Below the pieces are notes generated by a model. It was not told the origin of the DNA. It searched no databases and was given only the letters and a program-made list of their open reading frames with translations. This document shows, in pieces, positions 28,702 to 38,004 of a DNA stretch of 64,000 bases. A program made the position numbers and the translations under genes. The stretch comes from a virus. Each line of letters begins with the position of its first letter. Positions within the stretch are counted from its first letter, which is position 1. The DNA lies in IMG/VR virus record IMGVR_UViG_3300036399_001297, positions 19,005-83,004 of that record. One strand, given 5' to 3'.

Positions 28702-30047
28702 TATTTTTTAACTGGTTCTGCTTTTGGTGCAAAACGGATATCAACTTTTGATAATTGTCCTTTAATCGCTGTTCCGGTTTTGTTTAATTCTTGACCTGTA
28801 ACATTAATAAAATTTTTAATACTCATTTCTAAAGGATTTACCGGATTGTTATTATCATCTACAAATCTACCGTCAGCAGTTTGATGTATATTTGGACCCA
28901 TAGAAGCAGGTTCAGGAACAGATTGACCCAAACCACCAGCAATACCATCTACTCTTCCCACAAAATAGTCTGCCGCTCTTAATGCTGGATATTTACCACC
29001 GTATTTACTGACGAGAGCACCATAAAAATTTCCTTGTAAAGCACTCATAACATAACCATATCCATAATTGTTTAACTGGTCTGTTAAGAAACCATTAGGA
29101 TCTGATCCAACCTGATCTACTAAATCTATTATTTTTTGTATATCGGCTGGAATAAACCCCTTTAATGTTGAAAACGGATTTCTAACTAAATTTGATGCAG
29201 CATTTATATAACTTTGAAAAGTATTTAAATATTGGAAAAAAGATCCCTTACCACCAAACATTGACGCAAAAAATCCAACATCATCTAAAAGGGTTTGAAT
29301 TGCTTCTAAAATTAAACAAATCAAATCTAATGGGATAATTTGCTCGATTATACTAACCAACATTTTTTGAATTTTTGTAACAATACCATTTATATAAGCA
29401 TAGAATTGTTGGATAGCTCGCATTGCTCCTTTATAGATATTAAAAACAATACTTTGAAAAGCTTTCATAACACCTCTTATAGCACCAACAACTCTTTGTA
29501 ATGATCCAGCACCCATAGGAGGCATAGATAGATAAGCTCTACTTTTAATTAATACACAATATTTTTCTACGGTTTCTGTAAATTTTGGATGTATTTTATT
29601 TAGTGCTTGTTCTACTAATGTAGGTGTATTTCGCTTAGATGCCTTTACAGGACTTTCTTGTAACATTTGAGACAAAGAAGCCATTAATCCTTCCGAACCC
29701 GTGTCTTCTAAAGCACCAGATAAACCAGCAGGAGTTTTTTTAAACGCAGCAAATTTTCCATTTTTAGCATTAGTCCATCGAATAAGCCTTTGATATAAAG
29801 ATTTTTTAATCGTAACCTTTCTTAATTTTGTAGCATCTCGATATTCTACAACTGTACTAAAACTATCTACTCCCTTTACTAACATAAAAAGATATGCTTT
29901 ATACATCCACATACGATCTCCGGTTAAACTTTGTAGATTAGCCAATGCTTTTCTACCTTCTTCGGAATTCAATAAATTGCTTTCTTTTTCCAAAGCATTT
30001 ATACCATTAATTTCTTTATATCTCCATCTTGATGTTGCATCCGCCAT
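28701..30047 (-). CDS. hypothetical protein, probably baseplate/tail associated
   Basis: 448-aa helical ORF, TAATG coupling to the hub gene. Confidence 0.55.
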   Translation of the reverse strand: MADATSRWRYKEINGINALEKESNLLNSEEGRKALANLQSLTGDRMWMYKAYLFMLVKGVDSFSTVVEYRDATKLRKVTIKKSLYQRLIRWTNAKNGKFAAFKKTPAGLSGALEDTGSEGLMASLSQMLQESPVKASKRNTPTLVEQALNKIHPKFTETVEKYCVLIKSRAYLSMPPMGAGSLQRVVGAIRGVMKAFQSIVFNIYKGAMRAIQQFYAYINGIVTKIQKMLVSIIEQIIPLDLICLILEAIQTLLDDVGFFASMFGGKGSFFQYLNTFQSYINAASNLVRNPFSTLKGFIPADIQKIIDLVDQVGSDPNGFLTDQLNNYGYGYVMSALQGNFYGALVSKYGGKYPALRAADYFVGRVDGIAGGLGQSVPEPASMGPNIHQTADGRFVDDNNNPVNPLEMSIKNFINVTGQELNKTGTAIKGQLSKVDIRFAPKAEPVKK

Positions 30048-30072
30048 AATAATCTGTTAAAATATTTATCCA

Positions 30073-30678
30073 ATGAGTCAAAATATTAAAGGGTTGATAG
30101 GAATAGCCGGAAATGCTTTTGTAGGAAAGGATTCTTTTTGTAAAGCACTAATTAAAGCATTTGATAAAAAATTTAAGATTAAAGCCGTAAGACGTTCTTT
30201 GGCTGGTGATACGATAAGAAAAAATTTAAAAGAGATTTCTAAAACTCAATTTAATATAGATATAGAAAATCCTACAATAGAAGAAAAAAAATTAATAAGA
30301 CCCTTTATGGTAGAATACGGATTATTAATGAGAAAAATATCAGAAGGTAGGTATTTTATAGAGCAATTTAAAGACTCTGGATATATAGATATTATAACCG
30401 ATATTAGATATACCGAATATCCTAAAGACGAGTTGTACTGGTTAAGAAACGAAAAAAACGGATTTCTTTTATTTTTAGAACGAGATGATATAGAACCCGC
30501 GAATAGTCACGAAGAAAAACACAATAAAATTTTAAGGGTAGAATCAAATTTATATATGAAAATACCAACATTTAAAGAAGATATGGAAAAAAATTTATAT
30601 GTATATGCAGAACGTGTTGTCGAAAAATATATAACTAAATATTTACCATTTTCCGACTGGACAACTTTCGGCCTTTAA
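30073..30678 (+). CDS. deoxynucleoside monophosphate kinase (T4 gp1-like)
   Basis: LIGIAGNAFVGKD P-loop, IITDIRY..E, ANSHEE. Confidence 0.75.
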   Translation: MSQNIKGLIGIAGNAFVGKDSFCKALIKAFDKKFKIKAVRRSLAGDTIRKNLKEISKTQFNIDIENPTIEEKKLIRPFMVEYGLLMRKISEGRYFIEQFKDSGYIDIITDIRYTEYPKDELYWLRNEKNGFLLFLERDDIEPANSHEEKHNKILRVESNLYMKIPTFKEDMEKNLYVYAERVVEKYITKYLPFSDWTTFGL

Positions 30679-30963
30679 ATATGTTTTAACTGCCATATAA
30701 CATCCACATTTTGAACATCTTTCTTGTTCTTTGATATAAAACTCACAAGAATTGCATATAGACAATCTTCTATTTTTTTCGTCATCCGAAACATTTAAAG
30801 GATTTCCGTCCACTACACTTTGTACATTTCTAACTACGCTTTGCCCCACGTTTTGAACCATTTGTTTAAACGGTGGGAGAGTTTGTTTTTGTATACTTTG
30901 ACCGGAAAGCTCTCTGATTTTTGAGGCTTGTTGTATTTTTCGTTTTAATTCATCTCTATCCAT
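30643..30963 (-). CDS. small Cys-rich protein
   Basis: RLSICNSC...RCSKCGC...CPVGKW; start moved to ATG 30963. Confidence 0.65.
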   Translation of the reverse strand: MDRDELKRKIQQASKIRELSGQSIQKQTLPPFKQMVQNVGQSVVRNVQSVVDGNPLNVSDDEKNRRLSICNSCEFYIKEQERCSKCGCYMAVKTYLKAESCPVGKW

Positions 30964-30967
30964 AATA

Positions 30968-32671
30968 TTAAAATTTTGTATCTTCTTTTTCCCATATCTT
31001 AGAATGAGCATCAACTTTGGTACTAACAACATTTGAAAAATATGAATTTTGTTTAAATGTATGTACAACTTTAATTATCATCCATTGTCCTAAAAATCTA
31101 TCGCTAAAAGGGTCAGAATCTCCATCACCGGAAATAGAATCTACGAAAATAAATCTTCCCGGTGCTCGTATGGTTAAACCTCTAACCGTAAAAGACAGTG
31201 CTTCATTTAAAAATAAAGCATCTTTAAGCATTTGATTTCTAGCATAAAAAGAAAAAAAATTGTTACTGTTAAATTGATCATCAGTATTAAAATGATTTGA
31301 TAAAAAAACATTATTTATAGCAACGGATTGTTTTTTTGTTTGGTTTAAATTTAACAAAATTTGTGCTCTATCTCGTTTTTCTACAAAATTATAAAGACCA
31401 GCTTCTGCGAGATTTTCCATTTTACTCACAACACTTTCTGCTGTATTATCACCGAACACAATATGAAACTTTCCGGTTCTAAAATCATAAGTGTGAACCG
31501 GACTATTAACTATTTTTTTATCATCCGACGAAACCATAGGAGAATACTGATAGGAAATAATTTTGTTTCCGGTTCCTGAAATAAAGTTAAATATATCATT
31601 ACCATTATCCGCCCATGCTCTTGGAACATAAGGTTTATTTTTATCGCCTATTCTATCACCCGAATCAACCTCATTTAAAAATAATCTTTCGACTTGTTCT
31701 TCTTTAGATTTATAAAACATTTCTCTTAAAGATATAAGTCTCCATTCTTTTTCTTTTTGAACTCTAGAAATCCTTAGAAAAACCGGACCTTCTTCATCGG
31801 TTCCAGCATAAGGTATCATATATTCCAAATCATCCAAGGCATTAGAAATAGCAGGAGATGTGTAAAATATATTATTTCTTGTATCACCAGCAACCCAATT
31901 TCCACCAGTAACATTAAGATCCGCGCAATCGCTTAATTTTTTGGTTGGATCTTTTATACTTCCCCCTTCATAAAATCCTATTTTGATATCTGATTCATCA
32001 GGATTTTTTCCGGCAGTATCTAAAATAGAACGAATGGCAATATTAGCCGGAATCATTCTAGTATTATCAGTAGGCAATTGTGTACTATTAGGATCATTTA
32101 AAAATCCTTTTCCTATAGTTTTAAGAGAATATTCCATACCCTCTTTTGCTGTTGACCATTCTAGATTTTTTTCCGATAAAATCTGATATCTTTCATCACA
32201 AAAATATAATTTTCTTCTTTTTACTTTATTTTCTTTAGTATCTATATCTTCTATATCATATATAACACAATCAAAAGACATCTGCCATTTTTGTTTAAAT
32301 TCATCAGACGTTTTATTAATAGTGCCATCCCATAAAGATACTTTACTATCATCTTTAACTATGGGTAATATATTTATACTCATTTTATTTCTACCATCTG
32401 TTCTAAAAATAAATGGAGCCTTATCGTTATTTTCTTTAGACTTTCTTTCAAAAGTTTCAAAATCATTATTCAATATTAAATATCCCCTGACTGCCCAATC
32501 CATCAAACTTTCTTCTATACATAATGTATCGATAAAAAAGAAACGTACCGGAAGAGGTTCGGTATCCGGTAATTGATTATATAAATATATTTCAATATAA
32601 TATTGTTGATCTCCTATTTGATGTAGAAATCCTTTATCTTTAAAAAAATTATTTGATGAAACATCTATCAT
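30968..32671 (-). CDS. putative baseplate hub / tail protein (gp27-like)
   Basis: C-terminal VRGLTIRAPGRFI...FLGQWMIIKVVHTF pattern of hub proteins; ATGA overlap with upstream gene. Confidence 0.6.
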   Translation of the reverse strand: MIDVSSNNFFKDKGFLHQIGDQQYYIEIYLYNQLPDTEPLPVRFFFIDTLCIEESLMDWAVRGYLILNNDFETFERKSKENNDKAPFIFRTDGRNKMSINILPIVKDDSKVSLWDGTINKTSDEFKQKWQMSFDCVIYDIEDIDTKENKVKRRKLYFCDERYQILSEKNLEWSTAKEGMEYSLKTIGKGFLNDPNSTQLPTDNTRMIPANIAIRSILDTAGKNPDESDIKIGFYEGGSIKDPTKKLSDCADLNVTGGNWVAGDTRNNIFYTSPAISNALDDLEYMIPYAGTDEEGPVFLRISRVQKEKEWRLISLREMFYKSKEEQVERLFLNEVDSGDRIGDKNKPYVPRAWADNGNDIFNFISGTGNKIISYQYSPMVSSDDKKIVNSPVHTYDFRTGKFHIVFGDNTAESVVSKMENLAEAGLYNFVEKRDRAQILLNLNQTKKQSVAINNVFLSNHFNTDDQFNSNNFFSFYARNQMLKDALFLNEALSFTVRGLTIRAPGRFIFVDSISGDGDSDPFSDRFLGQWMIIKVVHTFKQNSYFSNVVSTKVDAHSKIWEKEDTKF

Positions 32672-33282
32672 AAAACAGTATTGCAAGTAGAGTCATCAAC
32701 ATCTTTTAATAGATTTGCATGAACCTGATTGAATGAAAAAGAAACATTACATATAATTTCTGTTGGATCTTGATGAGATAATTTTACATCTGATAATGAT
32801 GTCGGAAAAGCATGAGTGTATTTAAACCCTATTATTCTATTGTTAAATTCATCTAAAGCGTATGTTGTAACGGTTGTAACAAAATCATACATTGTATTTT
32901 GGACCGCATTAGGACCAGCGGAATCGTCCTTTGTTTTATAATTGAAAACTGGAATACCGGATTTTTGATCATTGAATAAATTTATCCATTTCCACAAAAT
33001 CCAATAATTTTTCCAACCATTATCAATAACAAAAGGAACACTCAATCCAGTATATGCAGGTCTTGATATAGATGAAGCCTTTAAAACCTGTCCACCAAAA
33101 GGAACATCTATCGCAGGAACACTAACAGTAGGAACAGGAGATCCGTAACAAGTATATTGGACCGTATCGGGATGAAAATCGCTTTTTAAAAGATTATCGT
33201 ATTTACCTTTGAAATATTTAGGTAAATCTAAAACCAATAAAAATTTATCATTCCTTGCTCTATTTAATACAGCCTGATTCAT
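32668..33282 (-). CDS. tail tube-like protein (gp19/gp3 family)
   Basis: VPFVIDNGWKNY..LWKW, YTHAFPTSLSD, VSFSF. Confidence 0.7.
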   Translation of the reverse strand: MNQAVLNRARNDKFLLVLDLPKYFKGKYDNLLKSDFHPDTVQYTCYGSPVPTVSVPAIDVPFGGQVLKASSISRPAYTGLSVPFVIDNGWKNYWILWKWINLFNDQKSGIPVFNYKTKDDSAGPNAVQNTMYDFVTTVTTYALDEFNNRIIGFKYTHAFPTSLSDVKLSHQDPTEIICNVSFSFNQVHANLLKDVDDSTCNTVL

Positions 33283-33300
33283 AAAAATACTTAATATGAT

Positions 33301-34983
33301 TTAAAAAAATACCAGAGGATTATAACCGTCTTCGTTTTTTAATTCTTGTTCCTTTTTATCATTAGATCTCCAAATTATTTCTGGACTATGAGATTTGTAT
33401 TCATATTCGTATCTATTTTTTGTAATATTAGGTTCCCATTTAAGTAATTCCGATTGAAATCCTAATCCTTCTGATATAACAGCCGGATCTTCTTTTATTT
33501 TACCTTCGGGTAAATAGGCTAGGGGAGCATTATAAGATATTTCTTTTTTTGTGGTATTAACCGTACCAAATATAATAGGACTCTTTTTAATAAGATCGGA
33601 ATTATCGATAAAAGGAGTCATAAATAATGGTCTTCCTTGATCATCGGTTTGTTTAACATTAAAATATTTTTGTGCTAATGTTGGTTCTAGGATAAATAAA
33701 GCCCATACTAATGACCAAACTCTATCATCTCTATCACTTTCATTTTTTTTAGAAAATGTGTAATTAGGCAGTTGTACAAATTCTGCTATTTCTATTAAAG
33801 TATCGAGATCAAATATTTTAACAGCTTTTAAACTATCTACCCAATAACGGAAATTTGTCATACTCCGATATCTAGTATTCGTATGATTGTATATACCCAA
33901 TCTATTTTCATTATTGTAGTGCTGAGACATCCCCTCAAATTTATAAGTAACCACTGATTCATAATTGTGGGTTCTGGCAACAACATCTAAAACCTGTTGA
34001 CCGTAATTATTGTTTTCGATTAGTATAGGAGGTCTACCCCAATCATTTGCGATACCGATAAGACGTGTACCGAAATGATACGGTGTTATAGTATTGGATG
34101 CAAATATAGCCACCTGTTCTATATTGGTTAAATCTGAAACATCTAAAACTTGAGCTACTGTATTAGTTCTTCCTATCCCCTCACCAACGTCCACCCCTAT
34201 AATATAATGACTTGTTGGTTTTGGTTGTCTATAAATTTTATAAGAACCTTCGTCTGTTGCTAAAATAGGCTCTTTACATAATTTTTTAAGTTCTTCTAAA
34301 TGTTCGGCTGATATAACAGATTTGCCTAACGTATGAAAAGTATTTTCGTGTTCTTGTTGAAATGTATGTAGTGATCCTAATGAAGCTATTTCACTTTTCT
34401 TCCATTCTTCATTACGGTCATCATTTTCACTCCAATGCACTTTTTCCAGTTTCCATCCACTGTCAGGTTTTTGAGCTTCTAAATATAATTGATAAAATTT
34501 ATTTTCTTTATCGGCTCCGTTAGGTGTAGATATTCCAACAATCTGACTTTTTTTAGAAGACGTTATAGTAGGTATAACAGATTTCCATAATTCCTCCATC
34601 AAATCATTTTGTATATGTGCCATTTCATCAATTATGAGGCATTGATGTGATAATATATTATTAGAAATATATTTATGATTATCTACAACTTCTAAAAATT
34701 CATAAACAGGATCATTATTTTCATATTCCTCTTTTTTTATTAAAGAAATATTATTCCAAAAAATATCACCGATTTTAGAATTTTTAGCATATTTCCATTT
34801 TTTTGATGAAATCATAATTTTATGTTTAGGTGTACAGTTTAAAATTTCACCATTAGAAAAGTATAATTTTAACTTTTTATTATTTTTTCCAACAATTAAT
34901 CCTTTAAAATCTTTAAATCCCTCATCGGTTAAAATTTCAAAATCATTATTTTTATAAATTTTGTAATCAGATAAATCGGCCAT
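33301..34983 (-). CDS. split intein IntC (114 aa, 34983..34642) fused to large terminase C-extein (Walker B + nuclease domain)
   Basis: EILTDEGFKDF, CTPKHKI, VYEFLEV, ILSHQ|CLIIDEMAH, ISTPNG, FQQEH, IGVDVGEG, IENN, DDRV; ATG 1 nt after the endonuclease stop. Confidence 0.92.
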   Translation of the reverse strand: MADLSDYKIYKNNDFEILTDEGFKDFKGLIVGKNNKKLKLYFSNGEILNCTPKHKIMISSKKWKYAKNSKIGDIFWNNISLIKKEEYENNDPVYEFLEVVDNHKYISNNILSHQCLIIDEMAHIQNDLMEELWKSVIPTITSSKKSQIVGISTPNGADKENKFYQLYLEAQKPDSGWKLEKVHWSENDDRNEEWKKSEIASLGSLHTFQQEHENTFHTLGKSVISAEHLEELKKLCKEPILATDEGSYKIYRQPKPTSHYIIGVDVGEGIGRTNTVAQVLDVSDLTNIEQVAIFASNTITPYHFGTRLIGIANDWGRPPILIENNNYGQQVLDVVARTHNYESVVTYKFEGMSQHYNNENRLGIYNHTNTRYRSMTNFRYWVDSLKAVKIFDLDTLIEIAEFVQLPNYTFSKKNESDRDDRVWSLVWALFILEPTLAQKYFNVKQTDDQGRPLFMTPFIDNSDLIKKSPIIFGTVNTTKKEISYNAPLAYLPEGKIKEDPAVISEGLGFQSELLKWEPNITKNRYEYEYKSHSPEIIWRSNDKKEQELKNEDGYNPLVFF

Positions 34984-34984
34984 T

Positions 34985-35851
34985 TTATTTTTTTCTATGT
35001 TTTTTTCCACCACTTTTTATCCATCCAGTTGGAATATCTTGAGAAATAGGATGTCTTTTAATCTTATTTGTAGTCGTATCACATATAAAAATATATTTTT
35101 CTATACATTTTTTACCAGTGCCTTTTACCCATCCATCAGGTATAGTTATATCCGGATTATGTCGTTTACAAACATTAGCGACTGAGTTATATATATAAAT
35201 AGAACCTTTACCTGATATTTTTGATATATTTTCTTTATTATTTTCGCGTGATTTTAAAATACCATCCCTAATATTTTTTTTAGCTTCTTCGGATCTTTTC
35301 ATACCCCTGTGTTTTTCGGCCATTTTTTTAATTTTTTCGGGATTTTTATTGATTTTTATCATACGTTCTTTATGTTTTTCCGGATTTTCTTTTATCCATT
35401 TTTTAATACCAATTCCTTTTCTTTTATTTATTTCTGGATTATCAAAAACTTTTTCTCTCATCATTTTTTTATAGTCTTCAGATTTCCATTTTTTTTTAAA
35501 TCTTGTAGATATCTTTTTTATTGCCTTTGATGACCACGCACAAGGCCCATAGCCACCTTCTTTAATGTTATACGTATCATTTCTTTCTATAAATTCTAAT
35601 GTTACTAATTTTCTTTCGGCGTGAAGTGCTTCTTGATACGTATTATAAAAATTCAATATTGTTTTTTTAAAATTTTCTATTCCATATTTTTTTATGGATC
35701 TTTTTAAATTAAGACCAGACCCCATATAACCATCATCTATATTATCTGTCCTATGAACTCCTATATAAATTTTACCGTTTTTAATATTTTCAATTTCATA
35801 TAAATAATTGTATTTTCTATTTATTTTCGGATCGTTTAAATGTTTCTTCAT
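34985..35851 (-). CDS. free-standing GIY-YIG homing endonuclease (Seg-like) between terminase halves
   Basis: YLYEIENIKNGKIYIGVH..DDGYMGSG, YNIKEGG, NUMOD3-like HRGMKRSEEAKKNI, two IPxGWxK repeats; TATAAGTA 6 nt upstream. Confidence 0.88.
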   Translation of the reverse strand: MKKHLNDPKINRKYNYLYEIENIKNGKIYIGVHRTDNIDDGYMGSGLNLKRSIKKYGIENFKKTILNFYNTYQEALHAERKLVTLEFIERNDTYNIKEGGYGPCAWSSKAIKKISTRFKKKWKSEDYKKMMREKVFDNPEINKRKGIGIKKWIKENPEKHKERMIKINKNPEKIKKMAEKHRGMKRSEEAKKNIRDGILKSRENNKENISKISGKGSIYIYNSVANVCKRHNPDITIPDGWVKGTGKKCIEKYIFICDTTTNKIKRHPISQDIPTGWIKSGGKKHRKK

Positions 35852-35898
35852 TAGAAATACTTATACACGATGATTTATTATAGATGAATTTGCTTATA

Positions 35899-37638
35899 TC
35901 AATCATTTAAAACTATAAAATGAGGCGGTTCTTCTTGATTATTTTTTAACAATTCTTCTAGATCTTTTAAATTGATTTTAAATATTTCTTCTGTTTTTTT
36001 ATCTTTTAATGTTACAATTGTGTCACCAGTAACACAATTTATAGATTGACCTCTAACAGCAGAAGCAGAAGTAGAAGAAACTATAATACTTGACCCATTA
36101 CTAAGATCGAATCCGTTTTTTCTATTAGATTTTACAGCTGGTTTTAAATATACAGGCAATTCTTCAAAAGCCATTTTTATTCTAGAAAAAATTTCCATGG
36201 CAGTATCAGCTTTGTTAGCCAGTATAGCAACTTTTTTATATTCATGAAAGCATACTAACCATAAAGCATACATGGAAACAATTGTGCTATTGTGAGTAGG
36301 TATTAAACCTTTTCCACATAGATATAAAGAATCTGGACTATCTACGGTGATACATCTAACAGGAACACTTTCTACTTCTTTAATATCTTTTATATAAAAA
36401 TATTGATTTCTTTTAGATGTTGACAAATAAGTTTTTACAAATCTAGAACATTTAAAATCCGAACAAGTAACACATTCTCTTGGTTTAAAATATAGAATAC
36501 CACATTTTGTATATTCTTTATCTTTAATTTTAGGTATTTTTTCATTATATTTTACCTTATATCCTAAACTTTCTATCAATTCTTTTACTTGTAAAATTAA
36601 AGGTATATTAGTATTATAAAAAATAGCACTTCCGTTTTTTTCAATATATCCATCAGAATCCATTAAACCTTTTAAAAGCTCCATTCTTTGATGTTTGGAT
36701 GCTTTTAAAAATATATCGGGTATATGTTTATTTTTAAATAAATTGTTAGTTCTTAAATGATAGTATAAAGAATTTTTTTTATCTTCGTTAGTTAATTTTA
36801 CAAGAAAATTGTCTTTTTTATATTCTTTAACGTTTATTATTTTATAAAAATCTAATTCTTTTATCTTTTTTAAAATAGAATCTATATCTCTTATTCCTAT
36901 AGTTATTCTAGAATCATTCGAATGTCCATCTCCTAACCACAAACCTAAAATATATGGATTTATAGGTAAATTCTTGTTATCATTATATAAACCATCTACA
37001 CACGAAATTATACGATGATTTGGTTCTCCGCTTAATGTCGTTAAAGTTTTTAAAATTTCTTCTGTTGTTTTTGAACAACCTTTACTTTTTTTAGTTTTTC
37101 TATCATTTCTAGTTTCAGTAAACCAAAGATGTTCAGCATCAGCGATTATTTTTTCACCGTTATCAAATAATATTTCGTAACATTTTCTATTGTGTAATAT
37201 ATCATGCGCTTTTGTTACGTTGTAGATGTTTCCGTCAGAACCATATATTTTATCTCCGGTTTTTAAATCTCCCATTTTTAAAAATCCATTTGGAGTTGGT
37301 ATAGGAGTTTCAATAGAAAGAGCTTTCCCCATCTGTCTCGAAGCACATACCAATAATCTTCTTTCGTCCTTTAAACTTTTTAATATTCTTTTTTGATATT
37401 TTCTAAGTTTAATTTTTATTTTACCTTCATCTAAATTTACAATATGAAAATGTCTTTCCGCAAAATGTAAAATACTTTTAGCACATGTTCTATTTTCTTC
37501 GAACATCTCTTCGGTAAAGATTATTTTTGCGTTCTTGTTTAGAAGATTTTCATTTCCTTTATAATATCCACCATCGACAAGAATATTATCTTTATCAATT
37601 TCAGGAACATCAGGAATAGGTGCTTTTTTTCTTGGCAT
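35899..37638 (-). CDS. large terminase (gp17-like) N-part with contiguous intein and terminal split-intein IntN
   Basis: LRKYQ, Walker A ASRQMGK|intein|ST, ILANK, AVRGQSIN|CVTGDT. Confidence 0.93.
   Translation of the reverse strand: MPRKKAPIPDVPEIDKDNILVDGGYYKGNENLLNKNAKIIFTEEMFEENRTCAKSILHFAERHFHIVNLDEGKIKIKLRKYQKRILKSLKDERRLLVCASRQMGKALSIETPIPTPNGFLKMGDLKTGDKIYGSDGNIYNVTKAHDILHNRKCYEILFDNGEKIIADAEHLWFTETRNDRKTKKSKGCSKTTEEILKTLTTLSGEPNHRIISCVDGLYNDNKNLPINPYILGLWLGDGHSNDSRITIGIRDIDSILKKIKELDFYKIINVKEYKKDNFLVKLTNEDKKNSLYYHLRTNNLFKNKHIPDIFLKASKHQRMELLKGLMDSDGYIEKNGSAIFYNTNIPLILQVKELIESLGYKVKYNEKIPKIKDKEYTKCGILYFKPRECVTCSDFKCSRFVKTYLSTSKRNQYFYIKDIKEVESVPVRCITVDSPDSLYLCGKGLIPTHNSTIVSMYALWLVCFHEYKKVAILANKADTAMEIFSRIKMAFEELPVYLKPAVKSNRKNGFDLSNGSSIIVSSTSASAVRGQSINCVTGDTIVTLKDKKTEEIFKINLKDLEELLKNNQEEPPHFIVLND
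35902..36036 (-). mobile_element. atypically short split intein IntN (45 aa)
   Basis: CVTGDTIVTLKDKKTEEIFKINLKDLEELL.. contains block A only; block B is on the IntC. Confidence 0.88.
36289..37323 (-). mobile_element. contiguous class 3 intein (345 aa) with LAGLIDADG endonuclease
   Basis: Ala1 (ALSIETPIPTPNG); block B ADAEHLW; block F VRCITV; block G IPTHN|S; LGLWLGDG and LKGLMDSDG motifs. Confidence 0.9.
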
Positions 37639-37639
37639 T

Positions 37640-37999
37640 TTATCTATTTAATTGTTTCTTTAATTCATTCAATACCATATAAACATAATCGGATTTCAAT
37701 ATTCTTAATGTTGTTCCATTTTCGGGAAATTCGACAGGATTTGATATTTGATTATATTCACAAACCAACCACCATAGATCAGTAGTATTATAAAATTTAT
37801 AAGAAATATAAGGCCATGTATCACCTTCTTTTGTTTGATATTGTTGATCTATTGTATTATCATTTGCCGGATAAACGGTAATATTTTTTAAAATATTATA
37901 AAATGTTGTTTTTGTTTCGTCATCATTATAAACATTAAAAAAATTTTCAAATCTATATACCGAAAGATTTTTTATAGGATTTTGTATGCTGTCATTCAT
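37640..37999 (-). CDS. baseplate wedge protein (gp53-like, LysM-type)
   Basis: YQTKEGDTWPYISYKFYNTTDLWWLVCEYNQISNP..G..LRI. Confidence 0.8.
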   Translation of the reverse strand: MNDSIQNPIKNLSVYRFENFFNVYNDDETKTTFYNILKNITVYPANDNTIDQQYQTKEGDTWPYISYKFYNTTDLWWLVCEYNQISNPVEFPENGTTLRILKSDYVYMVLNELKKQLNR

Positions 38000-38004
38000 A
38001 TTAT

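Noticed and set aside
30073-30678. dNMP kinase lying inside the tail module as an anomaly
   Set aside because: T4 gene 1 also neighbours tail/baseplate genes, so the position is not unusual
35852-35901. Stop-codon readthrough or recoding joining the fractured genes
   Set aside because: After the IntN TGA another in-frame TAA follows within seven codons and the endonuclease is out of frame; uvsX IntN ends in TAA; all three stop codons terminate ordinary genes in this window
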